Below, in pieces: positions 1-11,359 of a stretch of 64,000 nt of DNA. This DNA is from Bacillota bacterium (lineage in GTDB: Bacteria > Bacillota > UBA5301 > Bu52). The first letter of the stretch is position 1; each line of letters opens with the position of its first letter. The DNA lies in the NCBI GenBank assembly GCA_014896355.1, contig JADBKO010000020.1, forward strand, positions 21,852 to 85,851, in the 5' to 3' direction. Below the pieces are notes generated by a model. That model had not been told where the DNA came from and made no database searches. It saw only the letters and a list, made by a program, of their open reading frames with translations. The position numbers were made by a program, and so were the translations under genes.

Positions 1-183
1 CCTACGGAGCGCAGCGTGTTCACGGTTTTGCGCTCCCCGCACATCGACAAGGATTCGCGGGAGCAGTTTGAGATGCGCACCCACAAACGGCTTGTAGATA
101 TTCTGGAGCCTACCGCAAAAACCGTGGACGACTTGATGCGGTTGGACCTCCCGGCCGGCGTGGACATTGAAATCAAGCTCTGA
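1..183 (+). CDS. rpsJ: 30S ribosomal protein S10 (5'-partial)
   Basis: Frame 1 reads [34 protein letters not shown]...[11 protein letters not shown]; lies before rplC. Confidence 0.97.
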   Translation, partial: PTERSVFTVLRSPHIDKDSREQFEMRTHKRLVDILEPTAKTVDDLMRLDLPAGVDIEIKL

Positions 184-202
184 GGGCGGGGAGGTGTAAC
201 CG

Positions 203-841
203 GTGCCAAAGGGAATTCTTGGACGCAAATTAGGCATGACACAGGTGTATGCCGAGGACGGCCGGGCCGTGCCCGTGACCGTCATCGAGGCCGGGCCGTG
301 TCCTGTGGTCCAGGTGAAGCGCAAGGAAACTGATGGGTATGAGGCGATCCAGCTGGGGTTCGACCCTGTTCCTGAAGCCCGGCTGAACAAGCCCGCCCGC
401 GGCCATCTGAGCAAGGCCAAGGTGAAGCCCCTGCGGGTTTTGCGCGAGCTGCGCGTGGAGGATGGCCAGTTCCCGGAGGTGGGCGCAGAGATCAAGGCCG
501 ATGTGTTCTCCGCCGGGGACCGGGTGGATGTCATCGGCACCAGCAAAGGCCGGGGCTTTCTGGGCGCAGTGGCCCGCCACCATTTCAACCGGGGTCCCAT
601 GTCCCACGGGTCCATGTACCACCGGCGGCCGGGCACAGGCGGAGCCACGGACCCCCAACGGGTGTTCAAAGGGCGCCGTTTGCCGGGCCGGGTGGGCAAT
701 GCCCGGGTCACGGTCCGAAACCTGCGCATTGAGCGGGTGGACCCGGAGCGTAATCTGATTCTGGTCCGCGGTGCTGTGCCAGGGGTGCGGGGGGCGTATG
801 TCCTTCTGCGTGCCGCACGGGCTGCCGCGAAGAAAGCCTGA
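203..841 (+). CDS. rplC: 50S ribosomal protein L3
   Basis: [29 protein letters not shown] motifs; GTG start after GGAGG. Confidence 0.97.
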   Translation: MPKGILGRKLGMTQVYAEDGRAVPVTVIEAGPCPVVQVKRKETDGYEAIQLGFDPVPEARLNKPARGHLSKAKVKPLRVLRELRVEDGQFPEVGAEIKADVFSAGDRVDVIGTSKGRGFLGAVARHHFNRGPMSHGSMYHRRPGTGGATDPQRVFKGRRLPGRVGNARVTVRNLRIERVDPERNLILVRGAVPGVRGAYVLLRAARAAAKKA

Positions 842-861
842 TGGCGGAAAGGAGGAAGGCC

Positions 862-1485
862 ATGCCCACCGTAGCTGTGTATAACGTGGAGGGGCAGCGA
901 GTGGGAGAGATCACCCTCAAGGACGAGATCTTCGCTGCCCCGCGCAATGACGCCGCGGTGCACCAAGTGGTCGTGGCCCAGTTGGCCAACCGCCGCCAGG
1001 GCACCGTGGATACGAAGACCCGCGCCGAGGTTTCCGGCGGCGGGCGCAAACCGTGGCGGCAGAAGGGAACGGGCCGGGCCCGGCAGGGAAGCATCCGTTC
1101 CCCTCTCTGGGTGGGAGGGGGCACTGTGTTCGGGCCCCATCCGAAGGACTATGATTACCGGATACCCAAGAAGGTGCGGCGTCTGGCGCTGTGCTCCGCC
1201 CTGTCGGCCAAGACCGGCGAGGGCAATCTGACGGTGGTGGACCAGCTGACCCTGCCGGAGGCGAAAACCCGGGCCATGGCGAAGGTGCTGTCCAACCTGA
1301 AGGCCCTGGATAAAACCTTGATCGTGCTCCGTGACCCCGATCCGGCGGTGCGCCGGGCCGCCGGGAATCTGCCCGGGGTGTGGACCACGGAGGCAGACAG
1401 CCTGAACGTGGTGGATCTGGTCAATCACGCCAAGGTGGTCATTACCCGGGACGCCGTGAGCCGCCTGGAGGAGGTGCTGGGATAA
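862..1485 (+). CDS. rplD: 50S ribosomal protein L4
   Basis: RAEVSGGGRKPWRQKGTGRARQGSIRSP; ATG 862 after AAGGAGG. Confidence 0.97.
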   Translation: MPTVAVYNVEGQRVGEITLKDEIFAAPRNDAAVHQVVVAQLANRRQGTVDTKTRAEVSGGGRKPWRQKGTGRARQGSIRSPLWVGGGTVFGPHPKDYDYRIPKKVRRLALCSALSAKTGEGNLTVVDQLTLPEAKTRAMAKVLSNLKALDKTLIVLRDPDPAVRRAAGNLPGVWTTEADSLNVVDLVNHAKVVITRDAVSRLEEVLG

Positions 1486-1778
1486 TGCCAGCCACGCTCA
1501 GAGATGTGCTGCTCCGGCCGGTGGTGACCGAGAAAAGCACAGACCAGATGGGGAAAAACAACAAGTACACGTTCTATGTGGCGCCGGACGCCAACCGAAC
1601 CGAGGTCAAGCAGGCCGTGGAGAAGCTCTTCAAGGTGACGGTCCTCAAGGTGAACGTCATCCGGGGCGAGGGCAAGCGCAAGCGCCTGGGGCGGTATGAG
1701 GGCAAGCGCCCGGACTGGAAAAAGGCTGTTGTGACCTTGAAGCCCGGCGACCGGATCGGGATCTTCGAGGGCGTGTAG
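1485..1778 (+). CDS. rplW: 50S ribosomal protein L23
   Basis: RPVVTEKS...[13 protein letters not shown] overlap with rplD. Confidence 0.96.
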   Translation: MPATLRDVLLRPVVTEKSTDQMGKNNKYTFYVAPDANRTEVKQAVEKLFKVTVLKVNVIRGEGKRKRLGRYEGKRPDWKKAVVTLKPGDRIGIFEGV

Positions 1779-1789
1779 GAGGAGTGGCC

Positions 1790-2620
1790 ATGCCAATTCG
1801 CGAGTTCAAACCCGTCACGCCAGGCCGCCGCGGCATGAGTGTCGCCGACTTTTCGGGGTTGACCGCCCGCAAGCCGTACAAGCCGTTGACGCGGGCTCTG
1901 CGCAAGTCCGGCGGCCGCAACGCGGTGGGGCGGATCACGGTGCGTTTTCGGGGCGGCGGACACAAGCGCCGCTACCGGATTATCGACTTCCGGCGGGACA
2001 AGGACGGGATTCCGGCCCGGGTGGCTTCCATCGAGTATGATCCGAATCGCTCGGCCCGCATCGCCCTGCTGACCTATGCCGACGGGGAGAAGCGTTATAT
2101 TCTGGCTCCCGACGGCCTGGAGGTGGGTGCCCAGGTCATGTCTGGCCCCCAGGCGGACATCAAGGTGGGGAACACTCTGCCGTTGAGCAGCATCCCCGTG
2201 GGCACCACGGTGCACAATGTGGAGCTTTATCCGGGGCGCGGTGCGCAGCTGGTGCGGGCGGCCGGTGCCGGCGCCCAGCTGATGGCCAAGGAAGGCGGCT
2301 ACGCCACCCTGCGCCTGCCGTCCGGTGAAATGCGCATGGTGGATGAGCGCTGCCGGGCCACCATCGGCATGGTGGGGAACCTGGAACACGAGAACGTGAA
2401 GCTGGGCAAGGCAGGCCGGAAGCGCTGGCTGGGCCGCAGGCCCCATGTGCGCGGCGCGGTGATGAACCCTGTGGATCACCCCCATGGCGGCGGTGAGGGG
2501 CGGGCCCCTGTGGGGCATCCTTCGCCCATGACTCCCTGGGGTAAGCCTGCGCTGGGCTATCGTACGCGGGCACGCAACAAGAAGTCCAGCAAGTACATCG
2601 TGCACCGGCGTACCAAGTAA
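1790..2620 (+). CDS. rplB: 50S ribosomal protein L2
   Basis: [39 protein letters not shown]. Confidence 0.98.
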   Translation: MPIREFKPVTPGRRGMSVADFSGLTARKPYKPLTRALRKSGGRNAVGRITVRFRGGGHKRRYRIIDFRRDKDGIPARVASIEYDPNRSARIALLTYADGEKRYILAPDGLEVGAQVMSGPQADIKVGNTLPLSSIPVGTTVHNVELYPGRGAQLVRAAGAGAQLMAKEGGYATLRLPSGEMRMVDERCRATIGMVGNLEHENVKLGKAGRKRWLGRRPHVRGAVMNPVDHPHGGGEGRAPVGHPSPMTPWGKPALGYRTRARNKKSSKYIVHRRTK

Positions 2621-2640
2621 GAGGGAAGGGAGGGTTACCC

Positions 2641-2922
2641 GTGAGCCGTTCCTTGAAGAAAGGGCCCTATGTGGACCCCAAGCTGATGGCGAAGATCCAG
2701 GCCATGAACGAAAAAGGCGAGAAGCGGGTCATAAAGACGTGGTCACGGCGCTCTACCATCTTCCCTGAGTTCGTCAACCATACGTTGGCGGTTTACGATG
2801 GGCGCAAGCACGTGCCGGTTTATATCACCGAAGAAATGGTGGGGCACAAGCTGGGTGAGTTTGCCCCCACGCGTACCTTCCGTGGGCACGCAAAGAGCGA
2901 AAAGACGACGGCTGTGAAGTGA
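2641..2922 (+). CDS. rpsS: 30S ribosomal protein S19
   Basis: [24 protein letters not shown]. Confidence 0.98.
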   Translation: MSRSLKKGPYVDPKLMAKIQAMNEKGEKRVIKTWSRRSTIFPEFVNHTLAVYDGRKHVPVYITEEMVGHKLGEFAPTRTFRGHAKSEKTTAVK

Positions 2923-2968
2923 CCACGGTGAGGGACACGGCCGGACGGGTGAAGGGAGAGACCGGGCG

Positions 2969-3310
2969 ATGGAAGCGAAAGCAGTGGCCCGCTATGTGCG
3001 GGTGACTCCGCGCAAGGCCCGGCAGATGGTGGACGTCATCCGGGGGCGATCCTATCGGGAGGCCCTGCAGCTGCTGCAGTTCATGCCGAAAGATGCCGCT
3101 GGGATCGTGGCCAAGGTGGTGCGATCCGCCGGGGCCAATGCGGAGAACAATTTGGAATTGGATCCTGACAATCTGGTGGTGGCCGCAGCCTTCGTGAATC
3201 AGGGGCCGAGCTTGAAGCGGTTCATGCCGAAGGCGCGGGGACGGGCTGACCGGATCCGGAAGAGAACCAGCCACATCACCATCATTCTAAAGGAGAAGAA
3301 GGAGGGTTAA
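2969..3310 (+). CDS. rplV: 50S ribosomal protein L22
   Basis: [26 protein letters not shown]. Confidence 0.97.
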   Translation: MEAKAVARYVRVTPRKARQMVDVIRGRSYREALQLLQFMPKDAAGIVAKVVRSAGANAENNLELDPDNLVVAAAFVNQGPSLKRFMPKARGRADRIRKRTSHITIILKEKKEG

Positions 3311-3312
3311 GC

Positions 3313-4131
3313 ATGGGGCACAAGGTGCACCCAGGCGGCCTCCGCCTCGGAATCATCCGGGACTGGGATGCGCGCTGGTTCGCCGACAAGAAGGCCTATG
3401 TGGACCTGCTGCACGAGGATCTGCGCATCCGCCGTTTCCTGAAATCCCGCTTCAGCGCCGCCGGCGTGTCGCGGATCCTCATTGAGCGGGCTGCTGAGCG
3501 GGTGAAGGTCACCTTGTTCACCGCCCGCCCGGGAATGGTCATCGGCAAGGGCGGGACCGAAGTGGACAAGGTCCGCAAGGACCTGGAGACCCTGATCGGC
3601 AAACGGGTCAACATCGAGATCATGGAGATCAAAGTGCCGGAGCTGGACGCCCAACTGGTGGCGGAGAGCATCGCGCAGCAGCTGGAGCGGCGTATCTCCT
3701 TCCGCCGGGCCATGAAGCAGGCCATGCAGCGCACCATGCGGGCAGGGGCCCAGGGTATCAAGACCGCTGTATCCGGCCGGCTGGGCGGGGCGGAAATCGC
3801 CCGCAGCGAGTGGTTTGCCGAGGGGAAGGTTCCCCTGCACACCTTGCGGGCGGACGTGGATTACGGGTATGCCATCGCCCGCACCACGTATGGCGTGATC
3901 GGCGTCAAGTGCTGGATTTACAAGGGCGAGGTGCTCGGCGGCAAGAAGATGACCGCCGCCGATGAGGCTGCCAGCGGGCAGCCGCTGCCGCGTTCCCGGC
4001 GGGGAGAGCGTGCGGACCGGGGCGCCCGCGGTGAGCGACGCGAACGGGGCGCGCGGCCGGAGCATCCGGCTGCGGCGCCGGCGGAAGCAGGGAAGGCGGT
4101 GACTGCCGATGCTGGCACCGAAGCGCGTTAA
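3313..4131 (+). CDS. rpsC: 30S ribosomal protein S3 (long charged C-tail)
   Basis: [49 protein letters not shown]. Confidence 0.97.
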   Translation: MGHKVHPGGLRLGIIRDWDARWFADKKAYVDLLHEDLRIRRFLKSRFSAAGVSRILIERAAERVKVTLFTARPGMVIGKGGTEVDKVRKDLETLIGKRVNIEIMEIKVPELDAQLVAESIAQQLERRISFRRAMKQAMQRTMRAGAQGIKTAVSGRLGGAEIARSEWFAEGKVPLHTLRADVDYGYAIARTTYGVIGVKCWIYKGEVLGGKKMTAADEAASGQPLPRSRRGERADRGARGERRERGARPEHPAAAPAEAGKAVTADAGTEAR

Positions 4132-4537
4132 GTACCGCAAGCAGCAGCGCGGCCGCATGAAGGGGCTGGCTACGCGCGGAAACGAGATCCTTTTTGGGGA
4201 ATATGGGCTGCAGGCCACTGAGCCCGGGTGGGTCACCAGCACCCAGATCGAGGCGGCCCGTATTGCCATGACCCGCTATATCAAGCGGGGCGGCAAGGTC
4301 TGGATCAAGATCTTCCCGGACAAACCGGTGACTGCGAAGCCTGCCGAAACCCGTATGGGTAGCGGCAAGGGCACACCGGAATACTGGGTGGCCGTGGTCA
4401 AGCCGGGCCGGGTTTTGTTCGAGATCGCGGGGGTGCCCGAGGACGTGGCCCAGGAGGCCATGCGGCTGGCTTCACACAAGCTGCCCATCCGGTCACGCTT
4501 CGTGGCCCGGGCCCAAGCGGGTGGTGAGGGCTCATGA
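4109..4537 (+). CDS. rplP: 50S ribosomal protein L16
   Basis: [21 protein letters not shown]. Confidence 0.98.
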   Translation: MLAPKRVKYRKQQRGRMKGLATRGNEILFGEYGLQATEPGWVTSTQIEAARIAMTRYIKRGGKVWIKIFPDKPVTAKPAETRMGSGKGTPEYWVAVVKPGRVLFEIAGVPEDVAQEAMRLASHKLPIRSRFVARAQAGGEGS

Positions 4538-4743
4538 AAATGCGGGAAATCCGGGACATGACGGATGAAGAACTGCAGCGCAAGCTGGCAGATCTGAAGG
4601 AAGAGCTGTTCAACCTGCGGTTCCAACTGCACATGAACCAGCTGGACAATCCCATGCGGATGCGGGAGGTCCGCCACAGCATCGCGCAAGTGAAGACCGT
4701 CCTGCGTGAACGCGAGCTGGGCCTGCGGGCCATGGGGCAATAA
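4534..4743 (+). CDS. rpmC: 50S ribosomal protein L29
   Basis: [11 protein letters not shown]...[12 protein letters not shown]; synteny. Confidence 0.96.
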   Translation: MKMREIRDMTDEELQRKLADLKEELFNLRFQLHMNQLDNPMRMREVRHSIAQVKTVLRERELGLRAMGQ

Positions 4744-4755
4744 GGAGGGGTGGCG

Positions 4756-5031
4756 ATGGAACAGGCAGCGCAAACCGGTGCCCGACCGCAGCGGAAGACG
4801 CGGGTCGGCATCGTGGTCAGCGACAAGATGGATAAGACCCGGGTGGTGGAAGTCACCCGGAGGGTGCAGCACCCCCTCTACGGCAAGACCATTACGCGGA
4901 CCAGCCGGTTGAAGGCCCACGACGAAGCCAACGAGACTCACGTGGGAGACCGGGTGCGGGTCATGGAGACCCGGCCCCTGAGCCGTGAGAAGCGCTGGCG
5001 CGTGGTGGAGATCCTGGAACGGGCCCGCTGA
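4756..5031 (+). CDS. rpsQ: 30S ribosomal protein S17
   Basis: [29 protein letters not shown]. Confidence 0.97.
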   Translation: MEQAAQTGARPQRKTRVGIVVSDKMDKTRVVEVTRRVQHPLYGKTITRTSRLKAHDEANETHVGDRVRVMETRPLSREKRWRVVEILERAR

Positions 5032-5073
5032 TGTGCTTCCCCGCAGCCGGCGGGGATGAAAGGGGGGCGGAGA

Positions 5074-5442
5074 ATGATACAGCAGGAAACACGGCTGAAT
5101 GTGGCCGATAATTCCGGGGCCCGGGAATTGTTGTGCATCCGGGTGCTGGGAGGGTCCAAGCGGAAATATGCGTCTGTGGGCGATGTGATCATCGCCTCGG
5201 TGAAGTCCGCGGCGCCCGGCGGGATTGTGAAAAAGGGCGAGGTCGTGCGGGCGGTGGTGGTGCGGACGGCCAAGGAGTACAGGCGGCCGGATGGCTCGTA
5301 TATCCGGTTTGACGACAATGCCGCCGTGATCATCAACGACCAGGGGAACCCCCGGGGAACGCGCATTTTTGGCCCCGTGGCCCGCGAGCTCCGCGACAAG
5401 GACTACATGAAGATCATTTCCCTGGCGCCGGAAGTGCTCTAA
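5074..5442 (+). CDS. rplN: 50S ribosomal protein L14
   Basis: [35 protein letters not shown]. Confidence 0.98.
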   Translation: MIQQETRLNVADNSGARELLCIRVLGGSKRKYASVGDVIIASVKSAAPGGIVKKGEVVRAVVVRTAKEYRRPDGSYIRFDDNAAVIINDQGNPRGTRIFGPVARELRDKDYMKIISLAPEVL

Positions 5443-5461
5443 GCCCGGGGAGGTGCGAAAG

Positions 5462-5782
5462 ATGGCTGTGAAGATGCACGTAAAAAAGAACGATACGGTG
5501 AAGATCCTCTCCGGGAAGGACCGCGGGAAGACCGGCAAGGTGCTGCAGGTCCTGCCTGCGGAACGGCGTGTCGTGGTGGAAGGCATCAACATCATCAGGC
5601 GCCATACCCGTCCGTCCCGGGAGAACCCCCAGGGCGGGGTGGTGGAGCGGCCGGCGCCGCTGGCTGCTTCCAAGGTCATGGTCATCTGCCCCAGCTGCAA
5701 CGAGCCGACCCGGGTGGGTTGGAGCCGCGGCGAAGAGGGCGCGGCCCGGGTGTGTGCCAAGTGCGGCAAGACTATGGACTGA
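5462..5782 (+). CDS. rplX: 50S ribosomal protein L24
   Basis: KKNDTVKILSGKDRGKTGKV KOW motif. Confidence 0.96.
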   Translation: MAVKMHVKKNDTVKILSGKDRGKTGKVLQVLPAERRVVVEGINIIRRHTRPSRENPQGGVVERPAPLAASKVMVICPSCNEPTRVGWSRGEEGAARVCAKCGKTMD

Positions 5783-5803
5783 TGGCGGAAGGAGGTGCGG
5801 TCA

Positions 5804-6346
5804 TTGGCCCAACGCCTGCGGGAAAAGTATGAAAAAGACGTGGTCCCTGCCCTGAAGGAGCGTTTCAAGTACGAGAACCCCATGCAGGTGCCAAAGGTGG
5901 CGAAGGTGGTTCTCAACATGGGTGTGGGCGAGGCCACCCAGGATGCCAAGGCCATTGATGGAGCAGTGAAGGATCTGACCGCCATCAGCGGGCAGAAGCC
6001 TGTGGTCCGCAAGGCGCGGACCTCCATTGCGGCCTTCAAGGTGCGCGCCGGCCAGCCGGTGGGAGCCATGGTGACCCTGCGCGGGGACCGGATGTACGAT
6101 TTTCTGGATAAGTTGTTCAACCTGGCGCTGCCCCGGATCCGGGACTTCCGCGGGGTGTCGCCGAAGTCCTTTGACGGCCGCGGGAATTACAGCCTGGGCG
6201 TGAAGGAGCAGCTGATCTTTCCGGAGATCAACTACGACGACGTGGACGCCGTGCGCGGCATGGACATCACCATCGTGACCACGGCGCGGACGGACGAGGA
6301 AGCTTTTGAACTGCTGAAGGGGCTCGGGATGCCCTTCCGCAGCTGA
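5804..6346 (+). CDS. rplE: 50S ribosomal protein L5
   Basis: [24 protein letters not shown] start after AAGGAGGT. Confidence 0.97.
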   Translation: MAQRLREKYEKDVVPALKERFKYENPMQVPKVAKVVLNMGVGEATQDAKAIDGAVKDLTAISGQKPVVRKARTSIAAFKVRAGQPVGAMVTLRGDRMYDFLDKLFNLALPRIRDFRGVSPKSFDGRGNYSLGVKEQLIFPEINYDDVDAVRGMDITIVTTARTDEEAFELLKGLGMPFRS

Positions 6347-6380
6347 CGGGAGATGCTGACGGAGACAAGGGGGATGGCAG

Positions 6381-6566
6381 GTGGCGAAGAAATCGCTGAT
6401 CAACAAAGCCGCTCGGCCCCAGAAATTCGCGGTCCGCAAGTACAATCGCTGCCGGATCTGCGGCCGGCCCCGCGCCTACATGCGGCGCTTCGGCATGTGC
6501 CGGCTGTGTTTCCGCGAACTGGCCCACCGGGGCGAGATTCCCGGGGTCACCAAAGCGAGCTGGTAG
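6381..6566 (+). CDS. rpsZ: 30S ribosomal protein S14, zinc-binding type Z
   Basis: 61 aa with CRIC...CRLC and GVTKASW. Confidence 0.96.
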   Translation: MAKKSLINKAARPQKFAVRKYNRCRICGRPRAYMRRFGMCRLCFRELAHRGEIPGVTKASW

Positions 6567-6599
6567 GGTTGTCCGGTCCAGCAGGAAGGAGGGGTCGCA

Positions 6600-6998
6600 G
6601 TGGCGATGACGGACCCAATTGCCGATATGTTGACGCGTATCCGCAATGCCAGCCATGCCGCGCATCCGTCGGTGGACGTGCCGGCATCCCGGATGAAGAA
6701 GGAGCTGGCCCGGGTCTTCAAGGAAGAAGGCTACGTGCGGGACGTGGAATTCATCGACGATAAAAAGCAGGGGACCATCCGGATCTACCTGCGTTACGGG
6801 CCGCAGAAGAAGCCCGTCCTGACCGGTGTTCGGCGCATCAGCAAGCCCGGGCGGCGGGTCTATGTTGGGCGTGACGAAATTCCGCGGGTTTTGGGAGGCC
6901 TGGGCGTGGCGGTGATCTCCACCTCCCAAGGCATCATGACCGACCGCGAGGCCCGCAAGCGCGGCATAGGCGGGGAAGTTCTGTTTTACGTTTGGTAG
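6600..6998 (+). CDS. rpsH: 30S ribosomal protein S8
   Basis: [23 protein letters not shown]. Confidence 0.98.
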   Translation: MAMTDPIADMLTRIRNASHAAHPSVDVPASRMKKELARVFKEEGYVRDVEFIDDKKQGTIRIYLRYGPQKKPVLTGVRRISKPGRRVYVGRDEIPRVLGGLGVAVISTSQGIMTDREARKRGIGGEVLFYVW

Positions 6999-7025
6999 TG
7001 TCGGCCCGGTCAGGAGGTGGCAGTC

Positions 7026-7577
7026 ATGTCGCGAATCGGAAAGAAACCGGTGCCGGTTCCTGCCTCGGTGAACGTGGTCGTGGACGGGAACACGGTGACC
7101 GTAAAAGGGCCCAAGGGAACCCTCACGCAGACCTTCCATCCGGATATGCGGGTGGAGGTCCAGGGGAACGAGATTCACGTGCTCCGGCCTTCCGACGAGA
7201 AGGAGCACCGGGCCTTGCACGGGCTGACCCGCAGCCTCATCGCCAATATGGTCCAGGGGGTCACCCAGGGGTATCAGAAGGGCCTGGAGATCGTGGGCGT
7301 AGGCTACCGGGCCGCCAAACAGGGCAACAAGCTGGTGCTGAGCGTCGGCTATTCGCACCCTGTGGAGATCGATCCCCCGCAGGGAATCCAGATCGAGGTG
7401 CCGGCGCCCACCAAGATCACCGTTTCAGGGATCGACAAGCAGCTGGTGGGCCAGACGGCCGCCCGCATCCGGGCGATCCGGGAGCCGGAACCCTATCTGG
7501 GCAAGGGGATCCGTTACGAGGGCGAGTTGGTGCGGCGCAAGGCTGGGAAGGCCGGTGCCAAGGGCGCCAAGAAATAA
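7026..7577 (+). CDS. rplF: 50S ribosomal protein L6
   Basis: [25 protein letters not shown]. Confidence 0.97.
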   Translation: MSRIGKKPVPVPASVNVVVDGNTVTVKGPKGTLTQTFHPDMRVEVQGNEIHVLRPSDEKEHRALHGLTRSLIANMVQGVTQGYQKGLEIVGVGYRAAKQGNKLVLSVGYSHPVEIDPPQGIQIEVPAPTKITVSGIDKQLVGQTAARIRAIREPEPYLGKGIRYEGELVRRKAGKAGAKGAKK

Positions 7578-7595
7578 ACAAGGCAGGTGGGAACG

Positions 7596-7961
7596 GTGAT
7601 TAAGGGATTCGACCGCAAGCGGCAACGGCTCCGCCGCCACCTGCGCGTGCGCAAACGGGTGGTGGGCAGTGCGGAGCGGCCCCGCCTGGCTGTGAGCCGG
7701 TCGTTGAAGCACATTTACGCCCAGCTCATCGATGACAGCGCCGGGCGGACCCTGCTGGCAGTCTCCAGCCTGGACAAGGAACTCCGGGGCCAGGTGGACG
7801 GCGGCAACGTGGAGGGCGCCCGCATGGTGGGGGACTTGTTGGCGAAGCGGGCTTTAGCCGCAGGCTTGAAGTCGGTGGTTTTCGACCGGGGTGGCAATGC
7901 CTATCACGGCCGGGTTCAGGCCCTGGCCGAAGCAGCCCGCGAAGGCGGACTGGAGTTTTGA
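7596..7961 (+). CDS. rplR: 50S ribosomal protein L18
   Basis: [29 protein letters not shown]. Confidence 0.97.
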   Translation: MIKGFDRKRQRLRRHLRVRKRVVGSAERPRLAVSRSLKHIYAQLIDDSAGRTLLAVSSLDKELRGQVDGGNVEGARMVGDLLAKRALAAGLKSVVFDRGGNAYHGRVQALAEAAREGGLEF

Positions 7962-7984
7962 AGCGACGCGAAAGGAGGGTGAGC

Positions 7985-8557
7985 TTGGTGCCGCGTCAGG
8001 ATAAGGACAGCACCCGTCCGGAGCGCGGGCGGGATCGTGACCGCGACCGGGACAGCGCCCTTGGGCGCCGCGATGGCGGCAAGGGCGATCTGGAGGAAAA
8101 AGTCGTGGCCATCAATGCCGTGTCCAAGACCGTCAAGGGCGGACGCAGCCGCAGCTTCAGCGCCCTGGTGGTGGTGGGTGACCGGCAGGGCAAAGTGGGC
8201 GTAGGGCTGGGCAAGGCCCGGGAAGTTTCCGACGCCATCCGCAAGGGCGTGGATGACGCCAAGAAGAACATGATGGAGCTGACCATGGTGGGAACCACCA
8301 TTCCGCACCAGGTGATCGGTGAGTTTGGTGCAGGGATGGTGCTCATGCGCCCGGCGCCGCGGGGAACCGGGGTCATCGCCGGTGGCCCGGTCCGTGCCGT
8401 GCTGGAGCTGGGCGGGGTGAAGGATATCACCACCAAGTCGCTGGGATCCTCCAACCCCATCAACATGGTGCGCGCCACGGTGGCCGGACTGAAGAGCCTG
8501 CGAAAAGCGGAAGATGTGGCACGCATGCGCGGGAAGAGCGTGGAAGAGATCCTTTAG
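7985..8557 (+). CDS. rpsE: 30S ribosomal protein S5
   Basis: [24 protein letters not shown]-repeat N-extension; start approximate. Confidence 0.96.
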   Translation: MVPRQDKDSTRPERGRDRDRDRDSALGRRDGGKGDLEEKVVAINAVSKTVKGGRSRSFSALVVVGDRQGKVGVGLGKAREVSDAIRKGVDDAKKNMMELTMVGTTIPHQVIGEFGAGMVLMRPAPRGTGVIAGGPVRAVLELGGVKDITTKSLGSSNPINMVRATVAGLKSLRKAEDVARMRGKSVEEIL

Positions 8558-8568
8558 GGGGATGCGCT

Positions 8569-8880
8569 GTGGCCAAGAAGATCAAGATTTCGTTGGTGCG
8601 CAGTGCCGCCAATCTGCCCCGGGATCAACAGGACACCGTGCGGTCCCTGGGATTGCGGCGCACGCGGGCCAGTGTCATCAAAGAGGATACCCCGGCCATC
8701 CGGGGCATGATCCAGAAGATCCACCACCTGGTGGAAGTGGCCCCGGTGGATGAAAGCCAAGTGGAGGGTGCCCCGGCTCCGGCAGCCAAGGCGGCGACTC
8801 CCAAAGCGGCAACCGAAGCCGGGGCTGTGGCACCCGCGGCCAAGGCCCCAGCCGGCGGGGCCGGGGGCCAGCAGGCGTAG
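8569..8880 (+). CDS. rpmD: 50S ribosomal protein L30 with Ala/Pro/Lys-rich C-terminal extension
   Basis: IKISLVRS...TVRSLGLRR...PAIRGMIQKIHHLVEV; lies between rpsE and rplO. Confidence 0.93.
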   Translation: MAKKIKISLVRSAANLPRDQQDTVRSLGLRRTRASVIKEDTPAIRGMIQKIHHLVEVAPVDESQVEGAPAPAAKAATPKAATEAGAVAPAAKAPAGGAGGQQA

Positions 8881-8959
8881 GGTTGGTTGATTCAGGGCCG
8901 GGGCGCCCATTCCTGGCGGCAGGCAGGGGCCCGCAGGCCCGGTCTGGGAGGGACGTTTC

Positions 8960-9406
8960 ATGCGAATGCACGACTTGCACCCCGCCCCGGGTTCGCGCCG
9001 TGAGCGCCGCCGCGTCGGGCGGGGGATCGGGTCTGGAATGGGGAAGACCGCGACGAAGGGGAGCAAGGGCCAGTTGGCCCGTTCCGGGGGCGGCAAGGGG
9101 CCGGCCTTTGAGGGCGGCCAGACGCCGCTTTACCGGCGGCTCCCGAAGCGGGGCTTCAAGAATTTCCCCTTCAAGAAGGAGTATGCCATCGTGAATGTGG
9201 AGGATCTGGAGCGCCTGCCCCAGGACGTGCGGGAGGCCACTCCGGAGACGCTGTTGGCCGCAGGCATCATCCGTGATCTGAAGGACGGGGTCAAGGTTCT
9301 CGGCGACGGAGAGTTGAAGCGGGCGCTGAAGGTGCGGGTGCACCGGGTCTCGGAATCTGCCGCCCAGAAAATTGCTGCCGCCGGCGGCACCGTCGAGGTG
9401 ATCTGA
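8960..9406 (+). CDS. rplO: 50S ribosomal protein L15
   Basis: [30 protein letters not shown]. Confidence 0.97.
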   Translation: MRMHDLHPAPGSRRERRRVGRGIGSGMGKTATKGSKGQLARSGGGKGPAFEGGQTPLYRRLPKRGFKNFPFKKEYAIVNVEDLERLPQDVREATPETLLAAGIIRDLKDGVKVLGDGELKRALKVRVHRVSESAAQKIAAAGGTVEVI

Positions 9407-9407
9407 G

Positions 9408-10664
9408 GTGCAACCGCTAGCTGTCATTCAAAACGCGTTCCGCATCGAGGATCTGCGGCGCAAGATCCTGATTACCCTGGCACTTCTGGCGGTGTACCGC
9501 GTCGGCTCCTACATCCCTGTGCCCGGGGTGGACACCGCGGGCCTGCAGGCGCTGTTTGGGGCTGGCAGCCTGTTCGGGCTGCTGGACCTGTTCTCCGGCG
9601 GCGCCTTGACGCGTTTCAGCATTTTCGCCCTGGGTGTGAACCCGTATATCACCGCCTCCATCATTCTGCAGATGTTGACGGTGGTTATTCCCAAGCTGGA
9701 GGAGATGGCCAAAGAGGGCGTGGAGGGCCGCAAGAAGATTCAGCAGTACACCCGCTACGGCACGGTGCTGCTGGGAGTCATCCAGGCCTACGGCACAGTG
9801 CTCTACGCCCGCAACTACATTGCCAATTACACGTTTTTCACGGTGCTGAACATGATCGTCGCCTTGACGGCCGGCACCATGTTCCTGATGTGGCTGGGCG
9901 AGAAGATCTCGGAGAAGGGCATCGGCAACGGGGTTTCCTTGATCATCTTCGCCAGCATCGTCTCCCGGATTCCCCAGATGGGGGCGTCCCTGGCGGCCGG
10001 CGTGGGCCAGGGAGGCGTCAGCGCGTTTTCCATCGCGGCCTTTCTGCTGTTGGCTGTGGTCATCATCGGCGGCGTGGTGCTGATGCAGGAGGGCCAGCGC
10101 CGCATCCCGGTGCAATATGCCAAGCGCATGGTGGGGCGCAGGATGTATGGCGGGCAGAGCACCCACATTCCGCTGCGGGTGAATTCCGCCGGCGTCATCC
10201 CGGTGATTTTCGCTGCGTCGGTGCTGGCGTTTCCCACGACGCTGGCCATGTTCGCCCCCAGCCTGACATGGCTGGAGCACATCCTGGACGGGCGCAGCTT
10301 TTTCTACAACCTGATCTATGTGCTGTTGGTGGTGTTCTTCACCTACTTCTACACGGCCATCACCTTCAATCCCCAGAAGGTCTCTGATGACATGAAGAAG
10401 TACGGCGGGTTCATCCCGGGCATCCGGCCGGGCCGGCCCACCAGCGAGTTTCTGGAGAAGGTGCTGGTGCGCATCACCTTGGTGGGGGCCATCTTCCTGG
10501 GAATCATCGCCATCCTGCCGGCGCTGACCACGGCGGTGTTCCGCCTGCCACAGATTTACTTCGGCGGTACGTCGCTCCTGATCATGGTGGGGGTGGCCCT
10601 GGACACCATGAAGCAGGTGGAAGCCCAGCTGCTGATGCGCAACTACGAAGGCTTCATCAAGTGA
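9408..10664 (+). CDS. secY: Preprotein translocase subunit SecY
   Basis: SIFALGVNPYITASII, GIGNGVSLII, IPGIRPG; multi-TM. Confidence 0.98.
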   Translation: MQPLAVIQNAFRIEDLRRKILITLALLAVYRVGSYIPVPGVDTAGLQALFGAGSLFGLLDLFSGGALTRFSIFALGVNPYITASIILQMLTVVIPKLEEMAKEGVEGRKKIQQYTRYGTVLLGVIQAYGTVLYARNYIANYTFFTVLNMIVALTAGTMFLMWLGEKISEKGIGNGVSLIIFASIVSRIPQMGASLAAGVGQGGVSAFSIAAFLLLAVVIIGGVVLMQEGQRRIPVQYAKRMVGRRMYGGQSTHIPLRVNSAGVIPVIFAASVLAFPTTLAMFAPSLTWLEHILDGRSFFYNLIYVLLVVFFTYFYTAITFNPQKVSDDMKKYGGFIPGIRPGRPTSEFLEKVLVRITLVGAIFLGIIAILPALTTAVFRLPQIYFGGTSLLIMVGVALDTMKQVEAQLLMRNYEGFIK

Positions 10665-10699
10665 GGAATTCCATGGGCGGCAGGCGGGAGGCGGAAGGC

Positions 10700-11359
10700 G
10701 TGCAGTTGGTTTTGTTGGGCCCGCCCGGGGCGGGCAAGGGGACCCAGGCGGAGATGTTGAGCCAGTTCTACGGGATTCCGCAGATCTCCACGGGGAACAT
10801 CCTGCGGGCGGCGGTGCAGGCCGGCAGTGAGCTGGGGCGCCAGGCGCAAAAGTATATGAACGCCGGGCAGCTGGTCCCCGATGAGGTCATTATCGGAGTG
10901 GTGCAGGAGCGGCTGGGGAAGCCGGATTGCGCCGCCGGCTTTCTGCTGGACGGCTTCCCGCGCACGGTGCCGCAGGCGGAGGCCCTGGACCGGGTGTTGG
11001 CAGAGATGGAGCGGCCCTTGACGGCGGCGGTGGAGGTGGCGGTGGATCCCGAGGAGGTGGTGGAGCGCCTGTCCTTGCGGCGGACCTGTCCGCAGTGCGC
11101 AGCGGTCTATCATCTGAAAAACAAGCCGCCGCGCCAGCCGGGCGTTTGCGACGCCTGCGGGGCGGCGCTGGTCCAGCGGGAGGATGACCGCGAAGAGGTG
11201 ATCCGCAAGCGGCTGGAGGTCTACGCCCAGCAGACCGCGCCGTTGGTGGACTACTACGCCGGGAAGAAGCTGCTTCTCAAGGTGGACGGCGGCCAGGAGA
11301 TCGGTGCAGTGCAGGCCGAGATCCGCCGGAAACTGGAGGCAGTTGTGAATAAGGCATGA
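10700..11359 (+). CDS. adk: Adenylate kinase (Zn-lid type)
   Basis: GPPGAGKGTQA, LDGFPRT, 4-Cys lid. Confidence 0.97.
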   Translation: MQLVLLGPPGAGKGTQAEMLSQFYGIPQISTGNILRAAVQAGSELGRQAQKYMNAGQLVPDEVIIGVVQERLGKPDCAAGFLLDGFPRTVPQAEALDRVLAEMERPLTAAVEVAVDPEEVVERLSLRRTCPQCAAVYHLKNKPPRQPGVCDACGAALVQREDDREEVIRKRLEVYAQQTAPLVDYYAGKKLLLKVDGGQEIGAVQAEIRRKLEAVVNKA

